From Octopus vulgaris (Eukaryota), in assembly GCA_951406725.2 (NCBI GenBank), contig OX597835.1:30752001-30816000 (forward strand): a stretch of 64,000 nucleotides of DNA, in the 5' to 3' direction. This document shows, one piece after another, positions 42,468 to 57,738 of this stretch. The translations under genes and the position numbers were made by a program. Numbering within the stretch: the first letter of the stretch is position 1; every line of letters starts with the position of its first letter. The notes below the pieces were generated by a model. That model did no database searches. It saw only the letters and a list, made by a program, of their open reading frames with translations, and was not told where the DNA came from.

Positions 42468-42957
42468 TATCTTTCTATATATATATATATATATATAGAA
42501 TATATGTACGTATATGTATATTTGTATGTATCTATTTAGATATATGCATACATAGATATATGTGTGTGTTCATATACACACACACATGTATACATTGTAT
42601 GTCTATATATATGTGTGTGTCAGTAGATCGTCGAAACGAATGGGACTGTATGCGTATATGTGTGTGTGTGTTGTGTGTATGTGTGTGTGTGTGTTGTGAG
42701 AGAGAGTGAGATAGGGCGAAGGTACTGTTATATACATAAACATAGGTGTGTATGAAAATTACATACAATTAATATCTTTGCTATTTAATTAATTCATTTT
42801 CTACAAATAATTCGCATATCTACTCTTTAAGATTTAAGCCAATTTAATTAATTAATCATGCAAAAACATAATGAATAACAACAACAACTAATTAATTAAT
42901 AGATTTCGCATATTAATTCACTAATTCCTCCCCACTTCCCGTAACATACTCACTCAG

Positions 42958-42993
<36 letters not shown>

Positions 42994-43157
42994 TTTGGAC
43001 AAGTGTTGTTTCTAAAGTATTCCGTTGTCTGTACGTAAACGATTGTGTGTGTATGAATAGTTACACATACATAAATGCACACGTACATATATATATATAC
43101 AGACATACATAACAGAAACAAACACAAACGCAATCTCATATAAATAGAAACACACAC

Positions 43158-43198
<41 letters not shown>

Positions 43199-43302
43199 CA
43201 TGTACCTATGTAAAAATAAATGTTTCCATATGTACATATATGCATCTGTATAGCTATACATATATATACACATGTATATGATAGTAATCATATATATATA
43301 TA

Positions 43303-43343
<41 letters not shown>

Positions 43344-43525
43344 TTACATATATATATATATATATGTATATATATCTACATATGTATGCACCATTGTACT
43401 CTGGTATATGTGCACATATTTACAAACATATACACATATATTCATAGCTATATATTTTTATATTCCATATACATACGCATACATACATATATACATAAGC
43501 ATACATACATACATACATACATACA

Positions 43526-43561
<36 letters not shown>

Positions 43562-43959
43562 CATATACGTACATTTAATGCAAATAGTTTCACATGCGTC
43601 TGTCTAATTAACTGAAACGTACGTTTAACCCTTGCTTAATAAATTTTGACGTGTATTTAACCAGAAGGCTTCTTTATCTAACTAACCAGAAAACAGCCTG
43701 ACTACGTTCGCTAAATTATTTTGCCGCTTTATTAAGAGTTTTACCTTCCTATATTCTGCAGCAACAGAATGTTGCTATTTATTCAAAATGCTATGCATAA
43801 CAGCCCTGATTTATTTCATTTACATATCAGTATATTATATGTTGGCAGTGTTCATTTCTAAAGTAATTAGACATCGAATTAATTATCTTAAGTAAGTTAT
43901 CTGAAGATAGGTTTTTTTTTTTTGGTTTAAAACTTTTACTTGTGTTATTTCTTGGAACC

Positions 43960-44316
43960 CGGCCACACCGTCGCAGAGTCATGGAAAAGTTTGGTGAAGC
44001 TAATCAGCAAATCAACCGTAGTACTCATTGGTTGTTCTTTTGTCGGTCATTTTTGCCGAACCGCTAGCGCTACACTGACCGGTGACATAAACAAACCGTT
44101 TGCCAACTGCTGGATGGGACACATGCAAAGAATCACTCAAATACGCGCGCGCGCACACACACACGCACATATCCACGCCTGTGTGGCTGTGTGGTAAGAC
44201 GCTTGCTTCCCACCCACATGATTCCGGGTTCATCTTGGACAGTTGTCTTTTCCTATAGCCATGGGCTGACCAAGGTTCTGTGAGTGGATTTGGTTGACAG
44301 AAACTAAAAAAAGTCC

Positions 44317-44320
<4 letters not shown>
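43960..44320. mobile_element. SINE family B fragments (minus-strand tail, plus-strand head)
   Basis: tttgccgaaccgctag and gtggctgtgtggtaagacgcttgcttccc. Confidence 0.7.
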
Positions 44321-44357
<37 letters not shown>

Positions 44358-44563
44358 CCATTTGAAAAATCCACCAGAATGGACGCAATTTGAAAAATCT
44401 GACAGAATGGACGAAAGCGCTAATATATATATGATATAAGTTATATGATGTATAAAAATATGTAATATACAAATAAATATCTGTAAATATAAAATCATCC
44501 GAATTTCTGAATACCTCATTTCTTCTAATATCAAATACCTGTACATCATCTCCAACCTTTCTA

Positions 44564-44604
<41 letters not shown>

Positions 44605-44803
44605 GAAGTTCGTAAATTTCGGGAAAGAGTTTAAATCGATTACCTCGACTCCAGTCTATAACTGGTACTTATTCTATCAACGCCAAAAGGATGAAAGTAA
44701 AAATGCGACTTCGGCGCAATTTGAGGTCGTAATTTAACTTGAAGATGGGCGAAATGCCGCAAAGCATTTTGCTCGGCGTGCTAACTGTTCTACAGGCTAA
44801 CCA
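44605..44803 (-). mobile_element. SINE family A (degenerate)
   Basis: actggtacttattctatcaacgccaaaaggatgaaag. Confidence 0.75.
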
Positions 44804-44990
44804 CCTGGAAATTTTGCACTTCATATTGACAGTGAGTGTTTGTGAATAAACCAATTCTAAATAGGAAAGAATTGTAATGTAAACCACCCCAAGAAGTTTA
44901 TTTACGCATTTATTTTTCTTCAAACGTTTCAGTTATTACCTTCATCAATAATATGCGCATATATATATGAGCGTGTTTATGTGTGTGCAT

Positions 44991-45393
44991 GTTTGAACGG
45001 CAGTTTTTTTAAATAATTTCCATGTAACTAAACACTTTTAAACTTCGTATACTGGTAGAGTGGGTTTATAAAACATCTTTTTCTCCTGGCTTTATTGAGA
45101 AAATTCTATACTTTGTAAGATATTTGTTGTTTTTTTTCTTCAATTTCTGCAATTTCAACCAATCAATGACGTCTATTGAGGGGAAAACAGTTTGTGCCGT
45201 ATGAATATGTCCCTCGTTTAAGAAACAGATTGGGTTTATTTACATTTCTGAAGAAAAATGATACCCTTTCCCCACCCCTAACCCTAACCCTAAAACAGAT
45301 TGAAATGCAATAGATCGCTACTAGGGTCATAATTATGGGTGACAATTTCATATGACACCGCTAGAAAAACTGCCGTTCAAACCGAAAAGGTCC
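44991..45393. mobile_element. MITE with perfect 18-bp inverted repeat and internal (CCCTAA)3
   Basis: gtttgaacggcagttttt (44991-45008) pairs with aaaaactgccgttcaaac (45365-45382). Confidence 0.8.
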
Positions 45394-45852
45394 AGTATGC
45401 TTATTGTATTTGCTGTTATTATGTACTTAGGTCAGTCCTGATCCAGCAAACATATCATGAAAGTCATTCTAAACGTGGCTGCTCCGCCTTTCATTTGTCC
45501 GCAGCCTTTATTATCCTTTATCATTATATTTGTGTGATTTGTTGTGATTTGTTGAATAATTGGCTGCTGTTTCTAGCGTTCCATTGCCCTTTTCGCAACT
45601 CGCTCGTACAGTCTCATACTGTGGTGAGTGTATGCGTGTCTATGTCTCTATACATGTGTGACTTTGTGCGCATGTGTGTGTGTGCGTTTATTTGTATGCA
45701 TGTATTTGTTCTACATGGGCATAACTTTTAGTTAAGGCGGCAGCTTGTTTCTCAGTGATTGGCCATGTGTGTATGTGTGTGTGTGTGTGTGTGTGTGAGT
45801 CTATGTGTATGTTGAGGTGTGTGCGTTATATGACGTCTCTAATATATATGCA

Positions 45853-45896
<44 letters not shown>

Positions 45897-46415
45897 TATA
45901 TATATATATGCATGTATATATATATATATATATGTACGTGTATATATATATATATATATATGCACGTATATATATATATATATGTATGCGTATATATATG
46001 CACGTATATATATATGTATGTATATGCATATGTACATATATATATATGCACGTATATATATGTATATATCTATATGTATATTTATATATATATGCATATG
46101 TATATGTTTGTTATCATATAAGAGGCAGAGCTAACACTCATAAACGGACGCACACGCAGAGGAGAGGGAGAGGAGAGGAAGAGAATGAGAGAATTAGAGA
46201 GAATGAGAGTGAGAGTGAGAGATTAAATGTGTTTGTGAGAGAGATAGAGTGTGAGTGCGTGTGTGAGAGAGATTGTGAGTGTGTATATTAGCGAGAGAGA
46301 GAGACAGAGACAGAGAGAAAAAGAGGGAGAGAGAAAGAAAGAAAGAGAGAGAGGGAGAGAGAGAGAGAGAAAAAGAGGGAGAGAGAGAGAAAGAGAGAGA
46401 GAGAGAAAGAGAGAA

Positions 46416-46446
<31 letters not shown>

Positions 46447-46869
46447 GGGAGAAAGAGTGAGAGAGTGAGAGAGAGAGAGAGAGAAAGACTAACGGCTGTT
46501 GAGCCAATCAGCTAAGTGCCCGCTACACAAAAACACTGATTTCATATCAATATTACATTGCAAGCCGCTATCTCTGTCCCTTCACCTACTCCCGCCACAC
46601 ACACACACACACACACAGACCCCATCCCGCAAATCACACACACACACACACATTTGTCACAAACACATCATACATACCAGAGCAGTCATTCCTCAGTCAT
46701 GTTTACTATTGTCATGTTAGAGAACGGAACAAATATAAAAATTAGCTCACAGCATTCCACATGGAATGTGAAGACAAAAGAAGAAGAAAAAAAAGGGAAT
46801 TAATAATAAACAATGTTTTAAAGTTTATAATATTTTTTTTTTCATCTTCATTTTGTCTTCTATTTCTCA

Positions 46870-47692
<823 letters not shown>

Positions 47693-47726
47693 ATACACCG
47701 CCACAGTAAAAAACATTTGAATTGTA

Positions 47727-48120
47727 AGGCGGTGAGCAGGCAGAATCGTTAGCACGCTGGACTAAATCCTTAGCTGCATTTCGCCCGTCGCTAAGTTCTG
47801 AGTTCAAATTCCGCCAAGGTCAGCTTTGCCTTTGGTCCATTTCGGGGTCGGTAAATTAAATACCTCCCACCCACCAAATTTCAGGCCTTGTTCCTATAGT
47901 AGAATGAATTATTAATTACAATTTTGCAACACAAATTTATTGATAAGACTTTTAAATAGAATTTTAGTAATTGTTATGGGTTTTCTTTTTTACTCTAGGC
48001 ACAATGCCCGAAATTTTGTGGGGAAGGGGTCTGTCAATTGGATTGACCCCAGTACGCAACAGCTACTCAATTTATCGATCCGGAGAGGATGAAAGGCAAA
48101 GTTGACCTCAGCGGAATTTT
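47727..48120. mobile_element. Tail-to-tail inverted pair of SINE A copies
   Basis: Plus copy 47727-47908 and minus copy 47987-48120. Confidence 0.85.
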
Positions 48121-48269
48121 AAATTGTTACGGATTTTCTAAACGGTATATTATTATGTGTTTAAATAATCGACTGTGCTCATATGAACTCAGTTTGATAT
48201 GAAGAGCACCTTCCAAGTGGGGTGATCTCGTAGGAGTTTCAAGCTCGTTATACGGGTTCGATCCACAGA

Positions 48270-49392
48270 GATTACAGCAATTTCGGGGGTTGTGGAGGCT
48301 AAGCGGATTACATTGACTCCAGCACTAAATTAGTACGTATTTTATCGCCCTCGCAATGGACGAAAGGCAACCTTGAGCTTGGCAGATTTTGAACTCAGTA
48401 CGTAAATTTGGACGAAATGCTGCCAAGCAGGTAGCGATTCAGCCAGGTTACCGACCGTTTCTAAAGACACAAGGCTTGGAATTTTGTGGGAGGTGACTAG
48501 TCAATTACACCGACTCCCAATGCTTCCCTGGTATTTAATTTCTCGAATACGAAAGGATGGTAGGTAACGTTGACCTCGGCAGAACCATGGGTGGTAAAGT
48601 CGATTACATCGACCCCAGTGTTTCACTACTACTTAATTTATCGACCCCGAAAAGATGGAAAACAACGTTGACCTCGGCGGAATTTAAACTCAGAAAGCAA
48701 AGACGGACGAAATGCCTCTAAGCAGTTCGTCCAGTGGGCTAACGATTCTGCCAACTAGCCCCCTCACTAAAGTAATAATAAGGATTTCAAACTATTGTCA
48801 CTAGGGCAACATGGGAGGGGGTGTTAAGTCGATTACATCGACCCCAGTGCTTCACTACTACTTAATTTATCGATCCTGAAAGGATGTAAGGCAACGTTGA
48901 CCTCGGCGGAATTTGAACTCAGAACGTATGGATGGACGAAATGCCGCAAAGCATTTTAACCAACGTGCTTACGATTCTGCCTGCTTTATAATAATAATAA
49001 TCCTTTCTATTATCGGCGCAAATCCTGAAATGTTGGGGGACGACTTAAGTCAATTACATCGACCCCAGTATCCAAGTGGTACTAAATTTATCGACTCCGA
49101 AAGGATAAAAGGCAAAATCAATCTCAGCGGAATTCGAACTCACAACGTAACAGCAGACGAAATACCTATTTCTTTACCACCGACAAGGGACTAAACACAG
49201 AGGACAAACAAGGACAGACAAACGCCTTAAGTCGATTATATCAACTCCAGTACGTAACTGGTACTTAATTTATCGACCCCGAAAGGATGAAAGGCAAAGT
49301 CGACGTCGGCGGAATTTGAACTCAGAACGTAACAGCAGACGAAATACCGCAATGCATTTCGCCCGGCGTGCTAACGATTCTGCCAACTCACT
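48270..49392 (-). mobile_element. Tandem array of about 6 SINE A monomers, including a dimer at 49003-49392
   Basis: Repeated aatttatcgaccccgaaaggatgaaaggcaaagtcgacc-type cores. Confidence 0.9.
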
Positions 49393-50390
49393 GTCTTACT
49401 AACGTAGTAATAAAGATAATATATTGTATAGGTGTTAATATGTTGGAGTGTTGGGGAGTCAAATAATTTAGTAGATTCCATTTTGTGTTCACCGCTGTAC
49501 ACAGACTTACACATATGTGTAAAACGTGCTTGTACCGTCGTGTGAAGGTGCCTGTTCCTAAATATATTGCTTCAGTCGTGAGACTGCGGCCATACTGGGT
49601 CGCTCTTTGAAAGAATATTAGTCGAAGGAATCGACTCTATTGAATATTATTTTCTTTCAGAGTCTAGTAATTATTTAATCGGTGTCTTTTGCCGAGTCAA
49701 TAACATACGGGAACCTAAATATATCGACACGGCTTGTGATCAAAACACTAACACACACACACACGCACAGATACATACATATACACATACATATATAAAT
49801 ATATATACATACATATATGTGTGTGTATATGTTTACATATATATAGATATGTTTGTATGTGTAATACATACACACACATGCGTAAACACAACCACACAGA
49901 CACACACATACACACAGAGTCACACATGCGCGCATACACAGAGTCAGACACACACACATGCACACACATATATATACATATATAGATATTTGAATTGGAT
50001 TTAGCATTCGGAATAATGAAACAGATTATTATTTAGATCGACTGAAACATATATGTATATTTTGTTGAAAGTTAGAATTAATTAGAATTTCAAATAATGC
50101 GAACAGAGCAAGAGAAAAGCCAAAAACAAAATTCAAATGAAATGAATGAAAGAAAGAAAGTGAGAAAGAAAGCCAGAAAGAAAGACAGAAAGAAAGACAG
50201 AAAGAAAGAAAGAAAGAAAGACAGAAAGAAAGAAAGAAAGAAAGGAAGAAAAGAAAAGAAAGAATGAAAAAATTTTTCGTTGAAGGCAAACGTCTGCTTT
50301 TGTTATAGACTCGGTTCAATAAGACTTTGTAGAATTCTTTCGTTTTTCAGACACAAAAATATAGCAAAATAGCAAACATGGAGAGACGCA

Positions 50391-50441
<51 letters not shown>

Positions 50442-50661
50442 CATATATAAATAACACACACACACACACACATATATATAAATATATACATTTATATATA
50501 TATATACATATGTATATATATACATATGTATAAATATATACATTTATATATCTATCTATCTATATATATATATGTATGTATATATATATATGTATATATA
50601 TATATATGTATATACTATAGAAATGTATATATATATATACATTTATATATATACATATATC

Positions 50662-50719
<58 letters not shown>

Positions 50720-50950
50720 ATAGATATATAGAGACATTTTTTAATGATAAATAAGGATAATAAGAGTTTAACACTAAAATGAAGAATTACCTCAGAAACT
50801 TTCGAAAAGTTAAGTACTTGTAATAATTTTAAAAGAAGTGGGTTGACTGTGACTTCGCAGTTTTGGAATGCTAGCTCGACAGAGAATACTAGGCTGAAAC
50901 TTCGATGTTACTAACACTCTTCTTCCTTTAGAATCATTAGACATACTAAG

Positions 50951-51053
<103 letters not shown>

Positions 51054-52024
51054 GTACGTATGTAAGTAAGCAAGTATAGATGTCTTTTTCAAATTACGGA
51101 CCATATTTTTTGGTGATAAACGTACTAATTATTAAAAGAAAAAAAAAATTATATACACACACAGAGACATACGCATATACGCACACGCTCACGCGCGGGC
51201 ACACACTCACGCGCGGGCACACACACGCATACACACACACGAGCGCGCGCTCAAATTATTTAATGAATGGATGTGCGGAATTTTAGATCCAATCTGATTT
51301 CATAAAATTTGGTACACTTTGTAATTTAGTGAAATGAACCGGAGACAAGCACTGACAGACCTATAAATATATACGCATGCTTCCCTATAACTGACATAGA
51401 AATATGCATAAAATACATGCATTCATATATGTGTGTGTGTGTATGTGTTTGTGTGCGTGTGTGTATGTGTGTGTGTATAAACACACACACATATATATAT
51501 ATATAACAAACGATGGATAATATATACATAATACATATATGTATGTACGTCAATATGCATGTGTGTGAATGTGAGTGTGTGTGTGTATGTGTGTGTGTGT
51601 GTGAGTGTGTGTGTTTGTGTGTGTGTGTGTATGTGTGTGTGTGTGTGTGTGTGCGTGTGTGTGTTTATAAGCACATATGCGCACATTTAGCTCTGCGTGG
51701 TTGCCTGTGCACGATACGTATAGATATGAGTCACATAAGTTACATCTCATTTTTTTTTCAGGCATTTATTCCCACAAAGTGCTCTATTATGAATTTTGAA
51801 ATTAGTTGGGGCTATGAGCAAAATCTTTGCAAACTTAAGAGAACGTTATAAACAATCTCTGATGCAGAAACTTTGTATATATCTTATACGTATTTAATTT
51901 TCATAAGTTTTGCTGTTTGATTTCCATTGGAAGCGATTAGCCATTTGACATTTGAATAGTTATTACTACATACAGATATACAGGCTACTTAAACGCACGT
52001 TTATAAATATACAGCCACATTCAC

Positions 52025-52402
52025 GCTTCCCAGCCACATGGTTCCGGGTTCGGTCCCACTGCGTGGCACCTTGCGCAAGTGTCGTTTAATAAAGCCTGAG
52101 ATCTGCCAAAGTGAGGATGTGGTAGATGGAAATTGAAAGAAATCCGATATATCCTTAGAAATATACGAATGTACGCGTGTATCTGTGTGTGTGTGTGTGT
52201 GTGTGTGAGTTTGTCCCCAGCACCACCACTTGGTAACCGGTGCTGGTGAGTTTACGTCACCGTAACCTAGTGATTAGGCACAAACAAACCGATGGAATAA
52301 CTGTCAGGCTTAAAAGAATATAGTACTGGAGTTGACATGTTTTACTAAAGATTTTCAAGGTTGTGGGTACACTAACATGGCCGCAGTCTGAAACAAGTAA
52401 AA
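52025..52402 (+). mobile_element. SINE family B
   Basis: ccacatggttccgggttcggtcccactgcgtggcacc...ctgaaacaagtaaaag. Confidence 0.85.
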
Positions 52403-52415
52403 GTGAAACTTCAAT

Positions 52416-52450
<35 letters not shown>

Positions 52451-52520
52451 CACAGACACACACATATATATATATGCATGTATATGTGTGCTTATACATA
52501 TATATATACATATGTGTGTA

Positions 52521-52590
<70 letters not shown>

Positions 52591-52751
52591 ATATATATAA
52601 GGATATACATGTATGCATATATATGTCTATATGTAAATGTATATATATATATATATATAATATATATATATATAGATATATATATGTAGGTATGTTCATA
52701 TATGAATGTATATATGCATACATACATATTATTTATATTACACACACACAT

Positions 52752-52815
<64 letters not shown>

Positions 52816-53639
52816 CTATAGTAAAATGTAATAACATGTAAATGCATGATATAAAAATGAAATTATGTATCAACGTTCTGTATTGCCATAAACTTTTCTA
52901 TCCGAGATATCTTAGCAGCTTCAGACGTTCCACTCCTGGCCATTCCATGCAACTTTCTGGGCAGCATTACCAACGTATTCATTTGGTGGGTAGAATTTAG
53001 GTTGTGGACAATGTGATTTGGCTATTATATTTTGCAGGTCGATCGATTGATCAGGTAGCATCTCTAATTATTTGTGTTTATAAGTGTTAGGGAGTATGTG
53101 TGTACGTGTTTATGAATGTAACTATGAGTATGTTTGTGCGTAACTGCATGTGTGTGAGAGTGTTCAAAAGTGCCTATGTGGGCATGGCGTGTGCGTGCGT
53201 GGCGTGCATGGTGTGTGTGTGTGCGTGTATGGCGTGTGTGTGCGTGCATGGCATGTATGTGTATGTTGGTGTGTGTGTGTGTGTGTGTTGTTTGTTTGTG
53301 TGCATGTGTGTAACGTTACGCGAGAGGTACGTGAAAGCGAGAGACAGCGTGCTCAAGGAATAGTAGATGCGCGTTTATATGCATAATTGTGCATGCTGCA
53401 TGTTGGTGTATATACACGTGTGTATATGACTATTTTTTGTGCGATTACGCACATATGCCATACATACCTCTCTCCATCTATTTCTAAAACCCTCTCTATA
53501 TATTTATATATATAAATATGCACACACATACACACATATACAACTCTCACACTCACTCTGACATATATTTATATATATATATAAAGATACATGTGTATGC
53601 ATGTATATAAATATATATATATATGCATCTATATATATG

Positions 53640-53672
<33 letters not shown>

Positions 53673-53760
53673 ATACATATGTATGTATATATTTATATAT
53701 ATATACACACATATATATATATATGTATGTATGTATGTATATATATATATATATATATAT

Positions 53761-53796
<36 letters not shown>

Positions 53797-54340
53797 GCGT
53801 GTATATATATAAATATATACATACATATGTATATATACACACACATATATTTATGTTATACACATCGTGTGCGTGTGTGTGTGTGTATTTTTGCGCATAC
53901 TTGTCTACATATGTGCCAGAAAGCTTCGTTGAAATCTAGTGAATAGGTTTCCATCCTACACCTATTATTATGTGTGTATACACAATTATTATATTTTTTT
54001 TTACATGACTGCTTCTATTCCTGCGCGTCGTTTTGCTCAACGAGTAGTGCGCACGTGTCTGTCGGTAAATCTCTGTGTGTGTGTGTCTGTGCGCGCGCGT
54101 GTGCCTGCGTGTGAGAGTGTATACCGCAAAAATGAGCACGCAAGGATATAGAAAGCACTTGGATTACTTTTTGGAATAGTGCCTCTTGCGTCCGCGTGTA
54201 TGCATATTTAATTTTCGTGTATCTTCATATTTGTAATTATATATACATACATACATACATATATATATATATTTATATAAATGGGCAGTGTACAGTTATA
54301 TATATACGTATTTATATAAATGTGGGGGTGTTCATATATG

Positions 54341-54375
<35 letters not shown>

Positions 54376-54527
54376 ATGTGTGTGTGTGTGTCTATATATA
54401 CATATGCGCCCACACACTCACTCCCATATGCGTACAAAGGTATTGTAAACAGGATTATTTTCTGATACTTAAATGTTTCGTTTGGCTGATAGGTTATTCA
54501 TCGGGAAATCAGGAATAATTACATTAT

Positions 54528-54615
<88 letters not shown>

Positions 54616-55109
54616 GTGTGTGTGAGCGTGTATATATATATATATTTATAAATATGTATATACATACATATATATGCATATGTATGTGTATACATATATA
54701 TATGTATATATATGTATATATATATATATATATATATACACATACATGCACACACATACACACGCACGTATATAAGCTTCTATATGCTTGGTAGTTTCAT
54801 TTTGAAAAGTATCTGAATCGTCACAAGACGAACAGGCGAAGAAAACTTGACATTTATCCTCCTTCACCTCTCCATTCCATCCATGGAACTTTTTCTCTCC
54901 ATTTTAAACTCCAGCTTCAACGCATCTAACTTCATTCAGCATCGACACTTATTTCCCTTTTCTTACCATAAATCAGTTTTTAACGACTATTTACGCCCTA
55001 TCCATAAAACGACAAAAAGTTGTATGGTTGTGTTTTTCTTTTGAGGCTTTTTTTAATCAGTTTTGGCCTTACTGGGGCGCCGCCATGTTGCTACACTGTA
55101 ATTATTGAG

Positions 55110-55885
55110 AGCCTCATCTGATATGTGGAATATGGTGAATAAGGGAGTTCGATGCCGTTCCCATCATTTGCGCCTCCTGCCGTGATGTAGTTACATTTGG
55201 GACTCTCGACAAGAAGAGATCCAGTTTTGATTTGAAAAAAAACCTGCATCTACTTTATGTAGGTCCTTCAGACTCTTTGGAAGAATAGGAAAAAGCTGTG
55301 GGGGAGGGGGTCCCTGAAACACAGGCTGTTACCGTAACTGGTCCCGAAGAGCGACGCCATTGCTAGGATCTTTGGCAATGTACAGTGGCAACCCGTTGTG
55401 GCTTTTATGTAGTGGCAAGCCATTCTGGCATTTACTTTCAACTTATTATTCGTTGTCAAGAAGCCGGAAATACATCAACACAATTATTTATGGCCGTTAC
55501 TATAAACTGCGTCCCCAAAGTCCATCTCCTCCATATCGTGGTGGGGACGCTGGCAACGAGTAGTGTCAGAGCTATGCCGTCGGGAACTTCGGTTCCTGGT
55601 AGCGCCACCCAAGGCGGGTTGGTCTGACACCGAGTGGTATTAGGGCCACAACCCGGCAGTTAAAATCCTCGGAGTGTCTGTTTCGGCAACCTGCGGCTCC
55701 TCGGTCGTTCTGTCCCTGCTCTGCGGACAATCTGCGGCAAACAGGATGTCTCTACATGCGGGATTGTTGGGGACCGCTAGTGAAATTCATATTCCCACGA
55801 AACTTCTTCTACTGCCATGGTTCGAGATTCCTCGAGGGTGGTAGAAGAAGCCGACTCAACCCGCCCAGGGTGAATGTCGTCACAG
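55110..55885 (+). mobile_element. GC-rich non-coding island, probably the 5' UTR of a LINE (RTE-like)
   Basis: Sharp GC/CpG enrichment against the flanks and no credible ORF; the family assignment is from recall only. Confidence 0.45.
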
Positions 55886-56403
55886 GTACAAGTAAGTAAT
55901 TACTATAAACTATACTTCTGCCATTGCATAACAGCCGAGGAAAGTATCAAAGATACAAGTATCAAAGATACAAGTGTTTTGCCGTTGATCTTGGATCAGG
56001 TAATGATTCCAAGCTCACACAGGCATTTGAGTATCAAGCTCAACATTTTCATTAGAAAATTCTCTGTCTTGCATCTTGGCAGTTACTTGCTAATTATTGC
56101 GGTAACTGATTACTTTGTAGTGTATAAATGATTCATACATAAACACATGCGAGCATACATTGATATACAATCACATATATGCATGTTGGGAGGTAGGTAC
56201 CAATGCACGAATGCATGTATGTATATTACAATGTATGTAATTATGTGTGCATATAGAGTTCTATATACGTATATTTATATGTGTATATGTATTTAAATAT
56301 ATACATGCCAACGTACATACCCTCATTCATATATACATACATACAAGTATATATATATATATATATATTTATATATACATACATACAGACATGTATATAT
56401 ATA

Positions 56404-56435
<32 letters not shown>

Positions 56436-56449
56436 ACTCATTTACTCAT

Positions 56450-56655
56450 TTACTTGTTTCAGTAATATGACTGTGGCTATGCTGGAGCACCGCCTTTAGT
56501 CGAGCGTATCGACCCCAGAACTTTTTCTTTGTAAGCCTAGTACTTATGCTATCGGTCTATTTTGCCGAACCGCTAAGTTACAGGGACGTAAACACACCGG
56601 CATCGGTTGTCAAGCGATGTTGGGGAGACAAATACAGACACACAAACATATACAG

Positions 56656-56694
<39 letters not shown>

Positions 56695-56755
56695 CATATA
56701 TATGACAGGCTTCTTTCAGTTTCCGTCTACCAAATCTACTCACAAGGCTTTGGTC
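56450..56755 (-). mobile_element. SINE family B, 5'-truncated
   Basis: Reverse-complement tail and internal microsatellite. Confidence 0.88.
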
Positions 56756-56853
56756 ATGCATATCTTTTATTTATATGCGTAAAATATATGAATATATACC
56801 CGTGTTTATATTCACACACACACACGCATATATATAGATACACACACAGAGAC

Positions 56854-56884
<31 letters not shown>

Positions 56885-57042
56885 TTGTGTGTGTGTGTCA
56901 GTGTGTGTGTGTGTGTCTGTCTGTGTGTGTTAGTTACCATACTTATGCTTATACGAAAATATATGGGAGTAAATTGTGTTAAACAACTTTTCAATATTAA
57001 ATGATACCACTTTGCCTTTTACACTATTATTATTATTATTAT

Positions 57043-57108
<66 letters not shown>

Positions 57109-57577
57109 CAGCAGCAGCAGCAGCGGCAGCATCTTGACAGTAAGACCAGAGCAGCAGCAGCAGTAGCAATCATATGAATTAATGTAATTGCATAGTTTTA
57201 AGTTGTGAGAACATAGCTTAATACGCAAGCCTGACATTATAATCCGGCACAACATCGAAGTAAGCACGAACATAAGGAATAAAAACAACGGCTACCGTTA
57301 TCTATGTTAATATTAATTACGATCACATATCATTATCGCGAGATCATCATCATTATTATCATCTTTCCTATTATCAAAATTGCTGTTGTCGTTTATGATG
57401 TTCTTGTTGTTTTTCTTATCTTCATCGTCGTCGTCGTCGTCGCCATCTTCATTATTATTATTATTATTACTTATTCTTTTTCACTCAGTTTTTGTTGCAA
57501 CTCCCGCAGTCTTGCATGTGTAGCGGACTTGATACCTGCAGCCTACGTTACCATGTTATCTGATCTTTTCAAATATA

Positions 57578-57615
<38 letters not shown>

Positions 57616-57638
57616 GTTATTATTATTATTATTATTGC

Positions 57639-57683
<45 letters not shown>

Positions 57684-57691
57684 CATCCTTA

Positions 57692-57738
<47 letters not shown>

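Noticed and set aside
48270-49392. CRISPR-like repeat/spacer array
   Set aside because: The units are diverged SINE monomers of about 130-230 bp in eukaryotic DNA; there are no cas genes or constant short repeats.
50860-50915. gaaacttcgatgtta as a hammerhead 3' half
   Set aside because: No recognisable CUGANGA core or stem I.
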